From Escherichia coli (GTDB lineage Bacteria > Pseudomonadota > Gammaproteobacteria > Enterobacterales > Enterobacteriaceae), in NCBI RefSeq assembly GCF_024298765.1, contig NZ_CP101210.1: DNA of 64,000 nt, one strand, 5' to 3'. The position numbers were made by a program, and so were the translations under genes. The notes beneath the pieces are model-generated. The model saw only the letters and a program-made list of their open reading frames with translations, had not been told where the DNA came from and searched no databases. Each line of letters begins with the position of its first letter. Position 1 is the stretch's first letter. Below are positions 23,242-35,033 of this stretch, in pieces.

Positions 23242-24153
23242 ATGCAAAAGTTTGATACCAGGACCTTCCAGGGCTTGATCCTGACCTTACAGGATTACTG
23301 GGCTCGCCAGGGCTGCACCATTGTTCAACCATTGGACATGGAAGTCGGCGCGGGAACCTCTCACCCAATGACCTGTCTGCGCGCGCTGGGGCCAGAACCG
23401 ATGGCGGCTGCTTATGTTCAGCCTTCTCGTCGCCCGACCGATGGTCGCTACGGCGAAAACCCCAACCGTTTACAGCACTACTATCAGTTCCAGGTGGTCA
23501 TTAAGCCATCGCCGGACAATATTCAGGAGCTGTACCTTGGTTCTCTGAAAGAGCTGGGCATGGACCCGACCATCCACGACATCCGTTTCGTGGAAGATAA
23601 CTGGGAAAACCCGACGCTGGGTGCCTGGGGGCTGGGCTGGGAAGTGTGGCTGAACGGCATGGAAGTGACGCAGTTCACTTACTTCCAGCAGGTTGGTGGT
23701 CTGGAGTGTAAACCGGTTACCGGCGAGATCACCTACGGTCTGGAACGTCTGGCAATGTACATTCAGGGCGTAGACAGCGTTTACGACCTGGTCTGGAGCG
23801 ACGGCCCGCTGGGTAAAACCACCTATGGCGACGTGTTCCATCAGAACGAAGTGGAGCAGTCCACTTACAACTTCGAATACGCGGATGTGGACTTCCTGTT
23901 CACCTGCTTTGAGCAGTACGAGAAAGAAGCGCAGCAGCTGCTGGCGCTGGAAAATCCGCTGCCGCTGCCAGCCTACGAGCGTATTCTGAAAGCCGCCCAC
24001 AGCTTCAACCTGCTGGATGCGCGTAAAGCCATCTCCGTCACCGAGCGTCAGCGCTATATTCTGCGCATTCGCACCCTGACCAAAGCAGTGGCAGAAGCAT
24101 ACTACGCTTCCCGTGAAGCCCTCGGCTTCCCGATGTGCAACAAAGATAAGTAA
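23242..24153 (+). CDS. glyQ: Glycine--tRNA ligase alpha subunit
   Basis: 303-aa ORF, highly conserved GlyQ. Confidence 0.97.
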
Positions 24154-24162
24154 GAGGCGGCT

Positions 24163-26232
24163 ATGTCTGAGAAAACTTTTCTGGTGGAAATCGGCACTGA
24201 AGAGCTGCCACCAAAAGCACTGCGCAGCCTGGCTGAGTCCTTTGCTGCGAACTTTACTGCGGAGCTGGATAACGCTGGCCTCGCACACGGCACCGTTCAA
24301 TGGTTTGCTGCTCCGCGTCGTCTGGCGCTTAAAGTAGCTAACCTGGCGGAAGCGCAACCGGATCGTGAAATCGAAAAACGCGGCCCGGCGATTGCCCAGG
24401 CGTTCGACGCTGAAGGCAAACCGAGCAAAGCGGCAGAAGGCTGGGCGCGTGGTTGCGGTATTACCGTTGACCAGGCTGAGCGTCTGACTACCGATAAAGG
24501 CGAATGGCTGCTGTATCGCGCCCACGTGAAGGGCGAAAGCACTGAAGCACTGCTGCCGAATATGGTTGCGACTTCGCTGGCGAAACTGCCGATCCCGAAA
24601 CTGATGCGTTGGGGTGCAAGCGACGTGCACTTCGTGCGTCCGGTGCACACCGTGACCCTGCTGCTGGGCGACAAAGTTATTCCGGCTACCATTCTGGGCA
24701 TTCAGTCCGATCGCGTGATTCGCGGCCACCGCTTTATGGGCGAGCCGGAATTCACTATCGACAATGCTGATCAGTATCCGGAAATTCTGCGTGAGCGCGG
24801 GAAAGTCATCGCCGATTACGAAGAACGTAAGGCGAAGATTAAAGCCGATGCCGAAGAAGCGGCGCGTAAGATTGGCGGTAACGCTGACTTAAGCGAAAGC
24901 CTGTTGGAAGAAGTCGCTTCGCTGGTGGAATGGCCGGTTGTGCTGACCGCAAAATTCGAAGAGAAATTCCTCGCGGTGCCGTCTGAAGCGCTGGTTTACA
25001 CCATGAAAGGTGACCAGAAATACTTCCCGGTGTATGCGAACGACGGCAAACTGCTGCCGAACTTTATCTTCGTTGCCAACATCGAATCGAAAGATCCGCA
25101 GCAAATTATCTCTGGTAACGAGAAAGTCGTTCGTCCACGTCTGGCGGATGCCGAGTTCTTCTTCAACACCGACCGTAAAAAACGTCTGGAAGATAACCTG
25201 CCGCGCCTGCAAACCGTGCTGTTCCAGCAACAGCTGGGTACGCTGCGTGACAAGACTGACCGCATCCAGGCGCTGGCTGGCTGGATTGCTGAACAGATTG
25301 GCGCTGACGTTAACCACGCTACCCGTGCGGGCCTGCTGTCCAAGTGCGACCTGATGACCAACATGGTCTTCGAGTTCACCGACACCCAGGGCGTTATGGG
25401 GATGCACTACGCGCGTCACGATGGCGAAGCGGAAGATGTTGCCGTGGCGCTGAACGAGCAGTATCAGCCGCGCTTTGCCGGTGATGACCTGCCGTCTAAC
25501 CCGGTAGCCTGTGCGCTGGCGATTGCTGACAAGATGGATACTCTGGCGGGTATCTTCGGTATCGGCCAGCATCCGAAAGGCGACAAAGACCCGTTTGCGT
25601 TGCGTCGTGCCGCACTTGGCGTGCTGCGTATTATCGTTGAGAAGAACCTCAACCTTGATCTGCAAACGCTGACCGAAGAAGCGGTGCGTCTGTATGGCGA
25701 TAAGCTGACTAATACCAACGTAGTTGATGATGTTATCGACTTTATGCTCGGTCGCTTCCGCGCCTGGTATCAGGACGAAGGTTACACCGTTGATACCATC
25801 CAGGCGGTACTGGCGCGTCGTCCGACTCGTCCGGCAGATTTCGATGCCCGTATGAAGGCGGTATCGCACTTCCGTACTCTGGATGCGGCAGCGTCACTGG
25901 CGGCGGCAAACAAGCGTGTATCTAACATTCTGGCGAAGTCTGACGAAGTGCTGAGCGATCGCGTGAATGCTTCTACTCTGAAAGAGCCGGAAGAAATTAA
26001 ACTGGCGATGCAAGTTGTGGTGCTGCGCGACAAGCTGGAGCCGTACTTCGCTGAAGGTCGTTACCAGGACGCGCTGGTCGAACTGGCTGAATTGCGTGAA
26101 CCGGTTGATGCCTTCTTCGATAAAGTGATGGTCATGGTTGATGACAAAGAATTGCGAATCAACCGTCTTACCATGCTGGAGAAACTGCGCGAATTATTCC
26201 TGCGCGTTGCGGATATTTCGCTGTTACAGTAA
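24163..26232 (+). CDS. glyS: Glycine--tRNA ligase beta subunit
   Basis: 689-aa ORF 10 nt downstream of glyQ. Confidence 0.97.
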   Translation: MSEKTFLVEIGTEELPPKALRSLAESFAANFTAELDNAGLAHGTVQWFAAPRRLALKVANLAEAQPDREIEKRGPAIAQAFDAEGKPSKAAEGWARGCGITVDQAERLTTDKGEWLLYRAHVKGESTEALLPNMVATSLAKLPIPKLMRWGASDVHFVRPVHTVTLLLGDKVIPATILGIQSDRVIRGHRFMGEPEFTIDNADQYPEILRERGKVIADYEERKAKIKADAEEAARKIGGNADLSESLLEEVASLVEWPVVLTAKFEEKFLAVPSEALVYTMKGDQKYFPVYANDGKLLPNFIFVANIESKDPQQIISGNEKVVRPRLADAEFFFNTDRKKRLEDNLPRLQTVLFQQQLGTLRDKTDRIQALAGWIAEQIGADVNHATRAGLLSKCDLMTNMVFEFTDTQGVMGMHYARHDGEAEDVAVALNEQYQPRFAGDDLPSNPVACALAIADKMDTLAGIFGIGQHPKGDKDPFALRRAALGVLRIIVEKNLNLDLQTLTEEAVRLYGDKLTNTNVVDDVIDFMLGRFRAWYQDEGYTVDTIQAVLARRPTRPADFDARMKAVSHFRTLDAAASLAAANKRVSNILAKSDEVLSDRVNASTLKEPEEIKLAMQVVVLRDKLEPYFAEGRYQDALVELAELREPVDAFFDKVMVMVDDKELRINRLTMLEKLRELFLRVADISLLQ

Positions 26233-26246
26233 TAACGCCGTTATTA

Positions 26247-26276
26247 AAAAGCCTGCCATCTGGCAGGCTTTTTTAT
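26247..26276 (+). terminator. Rho-independent terminator of glyQS
   Basis: aaaagcctgccatctggcaggcttttttat. Confidence 0.75.
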
Positions 26277-26399
26277 CGCTAAATAATAGAGCAACCTTTA
26301 ATAATCTTCTGCTGAATAAAGATTGTCTCATATATTAATTTTATGAGATTTTTTTAGGATTATATCAAGGAGAAGAAACGAACTTATTAAGCTAGAATA

Positions 26400-26553
26400 G
26401 CTGTGGGTGCTTGAGACTGTTTGTCTCAGGTATTCACCGAAAGGCAGACAGAGAAAAGCCCCACCTGACTATAAATCAAAGTGAGGCTACCCTATGCCTG
26501 AACACCATAAGGTTAGCCTCTTACTCGTTGGAAATCAACACAGGAGGCTGGGA
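26400..26553. promoter_or_regulatory. hokA leader region (mok start and expected antisense sokA target)
   Basis: In-frame upstream ORF from 26494 and SD aggagg before hokA; Sok-like antisense expected on the opposite strand but not positioned. Confidence 0.4.
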
Positions 26554-26706
26554 ATGCCGCAGAAATATAGATTGCTTTCTTTAATAGTGATTTGTTTCAC
26601 GCTTTTATTTTTTACCTGGATGGTAAGAGATTCACTGTGTGAATTGCATATTAAACAGGGAAGTTATGAGCTGGCGGCATTTTTAGCCTGCAATTTGAAA
26701 GAGTAA
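26554..26706 (+). CDS. hokA: Hok-family type I toxin (50 aa)
   Basis: MPQKYRLLSLIVICFTLLFFTWMVRDSLCELHIKQGSYELAAFLACNLKE; single TM helix. Confidence 0.85.
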   Translation: MPQKYRLLSLIVICFTLLFFTWMVRDSLCELHIKQGSYELAAFLACNLKE

Positions 26707-26722
26707 GAGACTTTGGCGGGAA

Positions 26723-26748
26723 GTTATTCCCGCCTTTCTTACGGCGTT
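26723..26748 (+). terminator. Hairpin terminator after hokA
   Basis: ggcgggaagttattcccgcc followed by tttctt. Confidence 0.5.
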
Positions 26749-26893
26749 GCGCATTCTCATTGCACCCAAATTTATTCTTCACAAAAATAACACTAGATTC
26801 TATTACGCGATCGATTATTTATTTCCTGAAAAACAAATAAAAAAATCCCCGCCAAATGGCAGGGATCTTAGATTCTGTGCTTTTAAGCAGAGA

Positions 26894-27106
26894 TTACAGG
26901 CTGGTTACGTTACCAGCTGCCGGGCCTTTAGCGCCGCTTTCGATGGTGAAGGACACTTTCTGACCTTCGTCCAGAGATTTGTAACCATCGTTCTGGATAG
27001 CAGAGAAGTGTACGAACACGTCTTTAGAGCCATCGTCAGGAGTGATGAAGCCGAAGCCTTTGTCAGCGTTGAACCATTTTACGATACCAGTCATTTTACC
27101 GGACAT
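26894..27106 (-). CDS. cspA: Major cold-shock protein CspA
   Basis: 70-aa [24 protein letters not shown], exact CspA sequence. Confidence 0.97.
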
Positions 27107-27266
27107 AGTGTATTACCTTTAATAATTAAGTGTGCCTTTCGGCGATATGGCGTGCTTTACAGATTTTGAAGCGTTAAAGGAATGTGCACTACGAGGGGTA
27201 TCAACGATAACTCTTGAAGGGACTTGCCTTACTACACTGCTTTAATGGTCTGTACGTCAAACCGTT
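27107..27266 (-). promoter_or_regulatory. cspA long 5' UTR (cold-box / thermosensor leader)
   Basis: About 160 nt between the conserved cspA start and upstream promoter-like AT-rich sequence; known long cspA leader. Confidence 0.5.
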
Positions 27267-27329
27267 GATGTGCATTAAGCCACGCATTGGCGGGTGATGC
27301 AACAATTATTTTTCATATTTATGATTAAT

Positions 27330-27361
27330 CGGTTGGAAAACGGTCCTGTCATCAGGACCGT
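27330..27361 (-). terminator. Hairpin terminator after yiaG
   Basis: On minus strand acggtcctgatgacaggaccgtttt. Confidence 0.5.
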
Positions 27362-27386
27362 AAACAGCAATAAAGTGGATAAAAGT

Positions 27387-27677
27387 CTATTCCATCAACT
27401 GCTTACTTAATGCCGGGTTGGCTTGAATCAAACGCATCAATTTTAGTTCGGCACTTGAAGGCTTCACGCGTCTGGATTCCCATTCCTTTACCATGGCGAC
27501 TGATACGCCCAAAACCCGGGCGAAATCATCGATTTTTAACCCTGTCCCTTTTCGTAACTGCTCAATTTCGGTACAGGACGTTGTTCTGTGCGTCAGGGTA
27601 ATTTTCTGCGTTTCATCTTTAAAAACAATCTGTTCCAGGCTGCTCAACAGCTCATGCATTGGATCTTTATATTCCAT
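27387..27677 (-). CDS. yiaG: XRE-family HTH transcriptional regulator
   Basis: 96-aa ORF with Cro/C1-type HTH. Confidence 0.85.
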   Translation of the reverse strand: MEYKDPMHELLSSLEQIVFKDETQKITLTHRTTSCTEIEQLRKGTGLKIDDFARVLGVSVAMVKEWESRRVKPSSAELKLMRLIQANPALSKQLME

Positions 27678-28110
27678 TGAAAACTCCTCAAATCACACTG
27701 CGGGATCGTGAATTGCATCGAAGCTCATTAAGAATAGTCGGGAAAAACAGACATAGCGGGGTGTAGTCAGGGCATGCTCTGGCTATGATTCGATTCAGCC
27801 AGTCATTTAGCGTGACTTATAGCCACCTAACGATCTGATAAATGCCGATATATCTCTTACCACTCCCGGTTTGTAAAGATTTCGAAAATCTAACGTTCTG
27901 CGAAGGCGTAAATCTCAGGCTACAAAAAAAGCAACGGCACTATCATTTTTTAACAATGAAACAACAAATTGACCTTGTTTCATTTTCTCCATGATTTTAC
28001 CAGGAAGATTACGTAGAAAGGGTATCCTGCAAGCCTGTCCTGGACTATCCTTGTCACGTCAGACACGCGTGTGTCGTTGTGCGCTTTTTTTGGGTGAAAG
28101 GAGTAAGAAA

Positions 28111-28821
28111 ATGGCGACAGGAAAGTCCTGCTCTCGCTGGTTTGCGCCTCTTGCGGCGTTATTAATGGTAGTTAGCCTGAGTGGGTGTTTTGATAAAGAA
28201 GGCGATCAGCGTAAAGCGTTTATCGACTTCCTGCAGAATACAGTGATGCGTAGCGGTGAACGTCTACCAACCCTGACTGCCGATCAGAAAAAACAGTTTG
28301 GTCCTTTTGTCTCTGATTACGCGATTCTGTATGGTTATTCTCAGCAGGTGAATCAGGCGATGGATTCCGGTCTGCGCCCGGTTGTAGACAGCGTTAACGC
28401 AATTCGCGTACCGCAGGATTACGTTACGCAAAGCGGCCCACTGCGTGAAATGAACGGTTCTCTGGGCGTACTGGCGCAACAGCTGCAAAATGCGAAGTTG
28501 CAGGCCGATGCTGCGCACTCTGCGCTAAAACAGAGCGATGACCTGAAACCGGTCTTCGATCAGGCATTCACCAAAGTGGTAACGACGCCAGCTGATGCGT
28601 TGCAACCGTTGATTCCGGCGGCACAAACTTTCACGCAACAACTGGTGATGGTTGGAGACTACATTGCTCAGCAAGGTACTCAGGTGAGCTTTGTCGCAAA
28701 TGGCATCCAGTTCCCGACTTCGCAGCAGGCAAGTGAATATAACAAACTGATTGCGCCATTACCGGCACAACATCAGGCGTTTAATCAGGCCTGGACTACA
28801 GCAGTTACTGCAACCCAATAA
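28111..28821 (+). CDS. yiaF: DUF3053 lipoprotein
   Basis: ORF trimmed to MATGKSCSRWF start (236 aa); lipobox LSGC. Confidence 0.82.
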   Translation: MATGKSCSRWFAPLAALLMVVSLSGCFDKEGDQRKAFIDFLQNTVMRSGERLPTLTADQKKQFGPFVSDYAILYGYSQQVNQAMDSGLRPVVDSVNAIRVPQDYVTQSGPLREMNGSLGVLAQQLQNAKLQADAAHSALKQSDDLKPVFDQAFTKVVTTPADALQPLIPAAQTFTQQLVMVGDYIAQQGTQVSFVANGIQFPTSQQASEYNKLIAPLPAQHQAFNQAWTTAVTATQ

Positions 28822-28831
28822 AGAGTAAAAG

Positions 28832-28858
28832 CCCGAGCGATTATCGGGCTTTACTCCA
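28832..28858. terminator. Bidirectional hairpin between yiaF and ghrB
   Basis: aagcccgagcgattatcgggcttt between convergent stops. Confidence 0.5.
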
Positions 28859-28870
28859 CGCAGTCGCGGC

Positions 28871-29845
28871 TTAGTCCGCGACGTGCGGATTCACACAGTT
28901 CTTCTCAACCTTTCCTTGTAACGCATCAATCAAGTTATCCACGGCACAGGCGGCCATGCCATAACGCGTCTCATGAGTGGCAGATCCAATATGCGGTACT
29001 GCGACGACGTTGGCCATTGAGAGCAACGGCGAATCTACTGACAGTGGCTCTTGTTCGAAGACATCCAGCCCGGCAGCGTGAATTTCCCCTTTCTGCAATG
29101 CAGCAATCAGTGCATTTTCATCAACCACCGGGCCACGTCCGGCATTAATGAAAATGGCGGAGGATTTCATTTTGGCGAATTGTTCTGCGCCAAATAGATG
29201 ATACGTCTCATCAGTTAACGGCAGGATCAGGCAAACGAAATCTGACTCTTGTAACAGTGTATCCAAATCGCAGTAGCGGGCGTTGAAGCGTTCTTCTGCT
29301 TCTTTATGGTGGCGGCGCGCGTTATAGAGGATGGGCATGTTGAAGCCAAAGTGCGCACGTTGTGCCAGCGCCATGCCGATCCGTCCCATCCCGACAATGC
29401 CCAGTGTTTTATGGTGAACGTCAGTGCCGTACCAGTCCGGGCCTATGCTCGCGGTCCATTCGCCTGCTTTTACTCGTTCTGCTACCTCCACAACCCGACG
29501 AGCGGTAGACAATACCAGCGCCATCAGCGTATCGGCGACGGTTTCTGTTAATACGGTTGGCGTGTGCATCAGCAGAATTTTTCGGGCGGTAAGCGCATCG
29601 ACATCAAAATTGTCATAGCCTACGGAGATCGTTGATGTGGCACGCAGTTTCGGCATTTTTTCCAGCAATGCGGCATCAACATTCTCGTTTGAACCCAGTA
29701 AACCTTCAGCTTCGGCAAGAATTGCTGCATTTTGTTCGATGGTTTGTGGGCTGAGGTTTGCCACCTGGTGAACGGTGAAATGTTCTTGCAGGCGTTGCAG
29801 TAAATCATCAGGTAAGGCTTTGTAGAGGATAACGGACGGCTTCAT
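28871..29845 (-). CDS. ghrB: Glyoxylate/hydroxypyruvate reductase B (2-ketogluconate reductase)
   Basis: ORF trimmed to MKPSVILYK start (324 aa); D-2-hydroxyacid dehydrogenase fold. Confidence 0.9.
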   Translation of the reverse strand: MKPSVILYKALPDDLLQRLQEHFTVHQVANLSPQTIEQNAAILAEAEGLLGSNENVDAALLEKMPKLRATSTISVGYDNFDVDALTARKILLMHTPTVLTETVADTLMALVLSTARRVVEVAERVKAGEWTASIGPDWYGTDVHHKTLGIVGMGRIGMALAQRAHFGFNMPILYNARRHHKEAEERFNARYCDLDTLLQESDFVCLILPLTDETYHLFGAEQFAKMKSSAIFINAGRGPVVDENALIAALQKGEIHAAGLDVFEQEPLSVDSPLLSMANVVAVPHIGSATHETRYGMAACAVDNLIDALQGKVEKNCVNPHVAD

Positions 29846-29948
29846 GCTTCTCTCCATTCACTGATAAGGCGATCACCTTAGCCTGAAATATGATGAAGGA
29901 AAACTGAAGAATGCCAGGTGATTTCTGCATCACCTGACATGAAAGGGA

Positions 29949-30608
29949 TTACAGTGGGCTTAAGGTAATTTCTACACGGCGGTTTTGCGCCTTACCTTCT
30001 GCGGTGCTGTTGCTGGCGATTGGGTTAGCCGGGCCAAGGCCCTGAGTACGGATGCGGCTGGCGTCCACGCCCTGGGTGATCAACGCGCTGGCAACGGAAT
30101 CCGCACGCTGCTGGGAGAGACGCATGTTCAGGTCGTGACCCCCCGTGCTGTCGGTATAACCAATCACGTTAACCGCCGTTTTCGGATACTCTTTCAGTAC
30201 CATTGCCACGCCGGTCAGGGTGTTAGCGCCCGCCGGTTTCAGGGTTGCGCTGCTGCTGTCGAAGGTCACATTGTTCGGCATATTGAGGATAATGTTATCC
30301 CCGCTGCGGGTTACGCTAACACCAGTGCCGCGCATTTTGTCACGCAGCTTCGCTTCCTGCACATCCATGTAATAACCAACGCCGCCGCCCAGAGCTGCGC
30401 CTGCTGCTGCGCCAATCAGCGCGCCTTTACCGCGATCTTTCTTCGAAGAAGAGAGCGCACCAATACCCGCGCCAACGAGAGAGCCCAGACCTGCGCCGAT
30501 AGCAGATTTACCTGCTTCGCGTTCGCCGGTGTAAGGGTTAGTTGTACAGCCAGATACCGCCAGAGCGCCACTCACTACGGCGGCAATAAGATAAACACGT
30601 TTCTTCAT
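29949..30608 (-). CDS. yiaD: OmpA-family outer membrane lipoprotein
   Basis: 219-aa ORF with lipobox (VSGC) and C-terminal OmpA-like domain. Confidence 0.88.
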   Translation of the reverse strand: MKKRVYLIAAVVSGALAVSGCTTNPYTGEREAGKSAIGAGLGSLVGAGIGALSSSKKDRGKGALIGAAAGAALGGGVGYYMDVQEAKLRDKMRGTGVSVTRSGDNIILNMPNNVTFDSSSATLKPAGANTLTGVAMVLKEYPKTAVNVIGYTDSTGGHDLNMRLSQQRADSVASALITQGVDASRIRTQGLGPANPIASNSTAEGKAQNRRVEITLSPL

Positions 30609-30760
30609 TGTTAATCCTTAATAACCTTTTTATTCTTTGCCACGGGTTCTGTGGCGGGAGATTATGCCGCGTGAACATGAAGATTATTCCTGGGAATACT
30701 CGGAAATTTGTAAGTAATATTTAACTGCTCAATACATCTAACCTTTCAGGAGTCTTCGGT

Positions 30761-33094
30761 TTGGCCAACTCATCCTCACGATATTCCGTTCTGACTGCCG
30801 CCCACTGGGGGCCTATGCTGGTTGAAACCGACGGCGAAACCGTGTTTAGCTCGCGTGGCGCGTTAGCCACAGGAATGGAAAACTCCTTGCAGAGCGCGGT
30901 TCGCGACCAGGTTCACAGCAATACGCGGGTGCGATTTCCAATGGTGCGCAAAGGCTTTCTTGCGTCACCGGAAAATCCGCAAGGCATTCGTGGGCAGGAT
31001 GAATTTGTTCGCGTGAGTTGGGATGAGGCGCTGGAGCTTATTCACCATCAACATAAACGCATTCGTGAGGCTTATGGTCCGGCATCGATTTTTGCTGGTT
31101 CCTACGGCTGGCGTTCAAACGGCGTGCTGCATAAGGCCTCGACATTATTACAACGCTATATGGCGCTGGCAGGCGGTTATACCGGGCATCTGGGGGATTA
31201 TTCGACCGGCGCGGCACAGGCGATCATGCCGTATGTCGTGGGTGGCAGCGAAGTTTATCAACAGCAAACCAGTTGGCCGCTGGTGCTGGAACATAGCGAT
31301 GTCGTGGTGCTGTGGAGTGCTAATCCACTCAATACGCTGAAAATTGCGTGGAATGCATCCGATGAGCAGGGGCTTTCTTACTTTTCCGCACTGCGTGACA
31401 GCGGGAAAAAGCTGATCTGCATTGATCCAATGCGATCGGAAACCGTCGATTTCTTTGGCGATAAAATGGAGTGGGTGGCACCGCACATGGGCACCGATGT
31501 TGCGCTGATGCTGGGGATCGCCCATACGCTGGTGGAAAATGGTTGGCACGACGAAGCGTTTCTGACGCGTTGCACCACAGGTTATGACGTCTTCGCCTCT
31601 TATTTGCTGGGCGAGAGTGACGGAATAGCGAAAACCGCCGAGTGGGCGGCAGAGATTTGTGGGGTTAACGCAGAGAAAATCCGCGAACTGGCGGCTATTT
31701 TCCACCAAAACACCACCATGCTGATGGCTGGCTGGGGAATGCAGCGCCAACAGTTTGGTGAACAAAAACACTGGATGATCGTCACGCTGGCGGCAATGTT
31801 GGGGCAAATCGGCACACCCGGCGGCGGTTTTGGTCTTTCTTACCATTTTGCCAATGGTGGTAACCCCACGCGCCGCGCTGCGGTGCTCTCTTCCATGCAG
31901 GGCAGCTTGCCGGGTGGCTGCGATGCGGTAGATAAAATCCCTGTTGCCCGCATTGTTGAAGCACTGGAAAACCCTGGTGGCGCATATCAACACAACGGTA
32001 TGGACCGACATTTCCCGGATATTCGTTTTATCTGGTGGGCGGGCGGTGCCAACTTTACTCATCATCAGGATACCAATCGCCTGATCCGTGCCTGGCAAAA
32101 ACCGGAGCTGGTGGTGATCTCTGAATGCTTCTGGACGGCTGCGGCGAAACACGCGGATATCGTTCTGCCTGCGACCACTTCGTTTGAGCGTATTGATCTC
32201 ACCATGACCGGCGATTACAGTAATCAGCATCTGGTGCCGATGAAGCAAGTGGTGCCTCCACGTTATGAAGCGCGTAATGATTTTGATGTCTTTGCCGAGT
32301 TGAGTGAACGTTGGGAGAAGGGCGGCTATGCGCGGTTTACGGAAGGAAAAAGTGAGCTGCAATGGCTGGAAACGTTTTATAACGTTGCCCGGCAGCGCGG
32401 GGCAAGCCAGCAGGTTGAATTGCCGCCATTTGCTGAGTTCTGGGAAGCCAACCAGTTAATTGAGATGCCGGAAAACCCGGACAGTGAGCGGTTTATTCGC
32501 TTCGCCGATTTTCGCCGCGATCCGCAGGCGCATCCATTAAAAACCGCCAGCGGTAAGATTGAAATCTTCTCGCAGCGTATTGCCGATTATGGTTACCCGG
32601 ATTGCCCTGGGCATCCGATGTGGCTGGAGCCGGATGAGTGGCAGGGCAATGCCGAACCAGAACAGTTGCAGGTACTTTCTGCCCATCCGGCGCACCGCCT
32701 GCACAGCCAACTGAATTACAGCTCTCTGCGCGAATTATACGCGGTGGCAAATCGTGAGCCTGTCACCATTCATCCTGACGATGCCCAGGCGCGCGGCATA
32801 CAAGATGGCGATATTGTTCGGTTGTGGAACGCACGCGGGCAAATTCTTGCCGGAGCGGTCATTAGCGAGGGAATTAAACCTGGCGTGATTTGTATTCATG
32901 AAGGGGCATGGCCGGATCTGGATTTAACCGCTGACGGTATTTGTAAAAACGGCGCGGTGAACGTTCTGACCAAAGATCTCCCCAGCTCGCGGCTGGGGAA
33001 TGGCTGTGCGGGTAATACGGCGCTGGCATGGCTGGAAAAATACAACGGTCCGGAACTGACACTTACAGCGTTTGAACCACCGGCCAGCTCATAA
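30761..33094 (+). CDS. bisC: Biotin sulfoxide reductase (molybdopterin oxidoreductase)
   Basis: 777-aa ORF starting at TTG ([10 protein letters not shown]). Confidence 0.93.
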   Translation: MANSSSRYSVLTAAHWGPMLVETDGETVFSSRGALATGMENSLQSAVRDQVHSNTRVRFPMVRKGFLASPENPQGIRGQDEFVRVSWDEALELIHHQHKRIREAYGPASIFAGSYGWRSNGVLHKASTLLQRYMALAGGYTGHLGDYSTGAAQAIMPYVVGGSEVYQQQTSWPLVLEHSDVVVLWSANPLNTLKIAWNASDEQGLSYFSALRDSGKKLICIDPMRSETVDFFGDKMEWVAPHMGTDVALMLGIAHTLVENGWHDEAFLTRCTTGYDVFASYLLGESDGIAKTAEWAAEICGVNAEKIRELAAIFHQNTTMLMAGWGMQRQQFGEQKHWMIVTLAAMLGQIGTPGGGFGLSYHFANGGNPTRRAAVLSSMQGSLPGGCDAVDKIPVARIVEALENPGGAYQHNGMDRHFPDIRFIWWAGGANFTHHQDTNRLIRAWQKPELVVISECFWTAAAKHADIVLPATTSFERIDLTMTGDYSNQHLVPMKQVVPPRYEARNDFDVFAELSERWEKGGYARFTEGKSELQWLETFYNVARQRGASQQVELPPFAEFWEANQLIEMPENPDSERFIRFADFRRDPQAHPLKTASGKIEIFSQRIADYGYPDCPGHPMWLEPDEWQGNAEPEQLQVLSAHPAHRLHSQLNYSSLRELYAVANREPVTIHPDDAQARGIQDGDIVRLWNARGQILAGAVISEGIKPGVICIHEGAWPDLDLTADGICKNGAVNVLTKDLPSSRLGNGCAGNTALAWLEKYNGPELTLTAFEPPASS

Positions 33095-33503
33095 TCCAGG
33101 TGGGTAGTTGGGTTTCATCCTGCCATGCGCAGTCGACAATGTGAAAACCCTGCGCATGGTAGAAATCTATCGCCGGTTGATTTTTTTGATAAACCTCCAG
33201 CAACAGATGGGGATGGCGCTGCTGCACATACTGCATTAGCGCCTTACCAATACCGCGTCTGACGGCCTTCGGTGCGACAAACATTGCTGCGAGGAATCGG
33301 CCTTCCATAATGCTGACAAAACCGAGAAGCTTACCGTCTTCTTCCCAGACCCAGTTTTGCGCGTTGGCAAGATAGGCATCCCGCACCAGCGGAATGCAAT
33401 CACGCCAGTAATTCGCTTTTATAAAGGGATGCCCCCAGGTTGTACTTTCCAGCCACAGTTCGAGGATCGCGGGGAGTTCTGAACGTTGCGCTTCCCGAAT
33501 CAT
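33063..33503 (-). CDS. yiaC: GNAT-family N-acetyltransferase
   Basis: 146-aa ORF with acetyltransferase motifs; 3' end overlaps bisC 3' end. Confidence 0.85.
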   Translation of the reverse strand: MIREAQRSELPAILELWLESTTWGHPFIKANYWRDCIPLVRDAYLANAQNWVWEEDGKLLGFVSIMEGRFLAAMFVAPKAVRRGIGKALMQYVQQRHPHLLLEVYQKNQPAIDFYHAQGFHIVDCAWQDETQLPTWIMSWPVVQTL

Positions 33504-34063
33504 GGTTTATTTCCCGGATAGCAACAGCAGCCAACCACATGATCATTCACCAGCCCACATGCCTGCATAAAGGAGTAACAGATTGTGGTACCAACAAACT
33601 TAAAACCACGCTTTTTCAGGGCTTTAGATAGAGCGTCGGAGGCGGGCGTAGATGTAGGGATTTCGCTCAACGTTGTGGCTTGTGTCACCTGTGGTTGATG
33701 ATTGACAAACGACCAGACAAAGTCGGCAAACGGTTCGCCGTTCTGTTCCATTTGCAGGTACGCCCGCGCATTACCAATAATTGCCTGAATTTTCCCGCGA
33801 TGGCGGATAATCCCGGCGTCCTGTACCAGTCTTTCGACATCCTCTTCCTGCATTGCAGCCACCTTCACCGGATCGAACTGATGAAAGCTGGCGCGATAGT
33901 TTTCGCGTTTTTTGAGGACGGTGATCCACGATAATCCAGCCTGCTGCCCTTCAAGGCAGATCATTTCGAACAGTTTTTTACTGTCAGTTTCAGGCACGCC
34001 CCACTCATTATCATGGTAGGCAATATAAAGCGGGTCCTGACTCACCCAGCCGCAACGTTCCAT
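33500..34063 (-). CDS. tag: 3-methyladenine DNA glycosylase I
   Basis: ORF trimmed to MERCGWVSQDPLYIAYHDNEWG start (187 aa); start overlaps yiaC by 4 nt. Confidence 0.92.
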   Translation of the reverse strand: MERCGWVSQDPLYIAYHDNEWGVPETDSKKLFEMICLEGQQAGLSWITVLKKRENYRASFHQFDPVKVAAMQEEDVERLVQDAGIIRHRGKIQAIIGNARAYLQMEQNGEPFADFVWSFVNHQPQVTQATTLSEIPTSTPASDALSKALKKRGFKFVGTTICYSFMQACGLVNDHVVGCCCYPGNKP

Positions 34064-34214
34064 ACTTTCCCTCGCTATGTACCCGATCGTAAAAATTTCA
34101 GCCGCTTTTCTTGACGCATCGGTGAAAAAGTCAATATTTAATACAGGGCTACTATGCCCGATATCCTTCATACAATGACAATAATATTGCCGAATTCGGC
34201 TCTTCCCTGGAGTC

Positions 34215-34919
34215 GTGTTAATGATCATAAAAAAAAGCGGTGGTCGCTGGCAGCTAAGCCTGCTGGCGAGTGTGGTAATCAGTGCCTTTTTTCTCAACAC
34301 AGCTTACGCCTGGCAACAAGAATATATCGTTGATACGCAACCCGGACATTCCACAGAGCGTTACACCTGGGATAGCGATCATCAACCTGATTACAACGAT
34401 ATTTTGTCGCAACGTATTCAAAGTAGCCAAAGGGCGCTGGGACTGGAAGTCAATCTGGCGGAAGAAACTCCTGTGGATGTGACCAGCAGTATGAGTATGG
34501 GCTGGAATTTTCCTTTATATGAGCAGGTTACAACCGGCCCGGTCGCGGCATTACATTACGATGGCACAACCACCTCGATGTATAACGAGTTTGGCGACAG
34601 TACTACCACGCTGGCCGATCCGTTATGGCATGCCAGCGTGAGTACCTTAGGCTGGCGTGTTGACTCCCGGCTTGGCGATCTCCGACCCTGGGCGCAAATC
34701 AGCTATAACCAGCAATTTGGCGAGAATATCTGGAAGGCGCAATCAGGCCTGAGCCGGATGACGGCGACAAACCAGAACGGCAACTGGCTGGATGTCACCG
34801 TAGGCGCTGATATGTTGCTCAATCAAAATATTGCCGCCTATGCGGCGCTATCTCAGGCAGAAAATACCACTAACAATAGCGACTATCTGTATACGATGGG
34901 GGTTAGTGCCAGATTTTAA
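34215..34919 (+). CDS. yhjY: Autotransporter beta-domain-like outer membrane protein
   Basis: 234-aa ORF with signal peptide and C-terminal beta-barrel ending in F. Confidence 0.8.
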   Translation: MLMIIKKSGGRWQLSLLASVVISAFFLNTAYAWQQEYIVDTQPGHSTERYTWDSDHQPDYNDILSQRIQSSQRALGLEVNLAEETPVDVTSSMSMGWNFPLYEQVTTGPVAALHYDGTTTSMYNEFGDSTTTLADPLWHASVSTLGWRVDSRLGDLRPWAQISYNQQFGENIWKAQSGLSRMTATNQNGNWLDVTVGADMLLNQNIAAYAALSQAENTTNNSDYLYTMGVSARF

Positions 34920-35033
34920 CGTAACAGTCACAATTAAAACCATTGAGTAACAATAGTTGTGGTGATAGTGGGTGCTAACTTACTAAATAATAAATTTGGT
35001 GAATAATTGTCGAGTCATTCATTCCTGAACTAA

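Noticed and set aside
23470-25869. Long minus-strand ORFs (419 aa and 326 aa) antisense to glyQ/glyS
   Set aside because: They fully overlap highly conserved aminoacyl-tRNA synthetase genes, are very rich in Arg/His/Gln/Val as expected of antisense frames, and have no RBS or promoter context.
26494-26553. N-terminal extension of hokA giving a 70-aa ORF
   Set aside because: Hok toxins are about 50 aa and the conserved start with a strong SD is at 26554; the upstream in-frame codons more likely belong to the mok-type leader, so this is annotated only as leader region.
31148-32362. 404-aa minus-strand ORF antisense to bisC
   Set aside because: Lies entirely inside the conserved bisC frame, with low-complexity Arg/His-rich composition; antisense reading-frame artefact.
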